A DNA stretch of 57,615 bases, counting the filler, from Diploschistes diacapsis (taxonomy: Eukaryota), in assembly GCA_023645945.1 (NCBI GenBank). It is 6 parts of 6 records of this genome, joined end to end, with 100 filler letters (N's around TTAATTAATTAA, not from the genome) between each part and the next. Parts side by side here need not be neighbours in the genome. Positions count along the whole stretch, not along the records: positions 48,114 to 57,615 come from JALAIB010001035.1; 5 more parts are not named here. The stretch is one strand, 5' to 3'. This document shows, in pieces, positions 56,799 to 57,615 of the stretch. Position numbers and translations under genes: made by a program. A model generated the notes under the pieces. It was not told the origin of the DNA. It did no database searches and saw only the letters and a program-made list of their open reading frames with translations. Within the stretch, counting starts at the first letter, position 1. Each line of letters begins with the position of its first letter.

Positions 56799-57615
56799 GA
56801 GGTCAAGCCGCGCCACTCACCCAACGCAATCCCAGCTGCACGAGTGTACGACATCCACCAGTTTGAAAAAGGGGAAAGGCTCCGTACAAGAGCACAGCGA
56901 TCACCTTTGAGACTTCTAACAAAGCGATAGCACCGGACGGTTACTATCGTGGCTTCTATCTAGCATCCTCCAGCGAGGTCAAAGAGAAGTTGTTATTTCT
57001 TTCCCAAGCCGGAGGGCTCCATAAGAAGCCGCGGCCCAAAGCATTTCCAGAAGCAATGAATACCGTCGCATCGGCCTACATCCAACAAGTGACTGCATGA
57101 GTTGTCCAGCTGCGGAGGACTATTCCAAGAAAATTCAAAGAGACGCTTACCCGCATGACTGAAGATCCATCAGATAAACACACTTGTTTACCGCCTGCAT
57201 GGATTGCACCACAATTCGTCTGGTGTCTAGGCCCGTCCGTACAGACAAAGAGGACACATTGTTGCTGGATGAAAGGGTACTTTGAGCCATTGCGAGCAAC
57301 GCTTCTTTCTTCCTTTCGCTTTCTCTGTCATTAGCGGTCAGTTTGATGCAAGCTTTTCAACAGGCCAGTATGGCGAGACCAAGACAAGCCCCCCCTTTGA
57401 AGACCTATGTGCAATGCAATGCAGTTCAGCGCTTGGAGAGACCGATAAGATGTACTTTCGCGTCCTTTCCATTCCGAGGGCTTCAAACACACCTGGCGTT
57501 TTGACTTGACGTGTCCAACGAGATGCTGTTTGTTGTACGTGCAAAGTAGACGATGATGCAAAAGATGGTGAAGAAATACGATATTGCATTCCTTTTTGTT
57601 ACCCCCTTCCCCCCC

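Overview
Fungal (filamentous ascomycete-type) nuclear DNA with short GT-AG introns and CTRAC branch sites. The window is not contiguous. It is six unlinked contigs (9531, 9529, 9529, 9516, 9508 and 9502 bp, in descending length) joined by 100-nt artificial N44-TTAATTAATTAA-N44 linkers, so adjacency across linkers means nothing. Contig 1: TPS2, a Cid1/Trf4-fold nucleotidyltransferase, UTP15. Contig 2: one complete 6-exon highly reducing PKS with a decayed methyltransferase, in AT-rich flanks. Contig 3: PBP1/ataxin-2 and BUD6, divergent. Contig 4: 3' end of a pyridoxamine-phosphate-oxidase-family gene, a tRNA-like relic, and a ~1987-aa ZNFX1-like helicase with CCCH, NF-X1, RING-like and RZ fingers. 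Contig 5: partial acyl-CoA-binding-domain gene and two repeat-rich proteins I do not recognise. Contig 6: VPS17, a GRAM/VASt (LAM) sterol transporter, and an Atg38/NRBF2-like gene. The best leads are the ZNFX1-like RNA-sensor/E3-ligase candidate, the possibly mitochondrial nucleotidyltransferase whose third catalytic Asp appears to be Gln, the Atg38-like protein with both AIM-like and FFAT-like motifs, and the 1714-aa repeat-built orphan. All calls come from motif recognition and manual splicing; no database searches were run.
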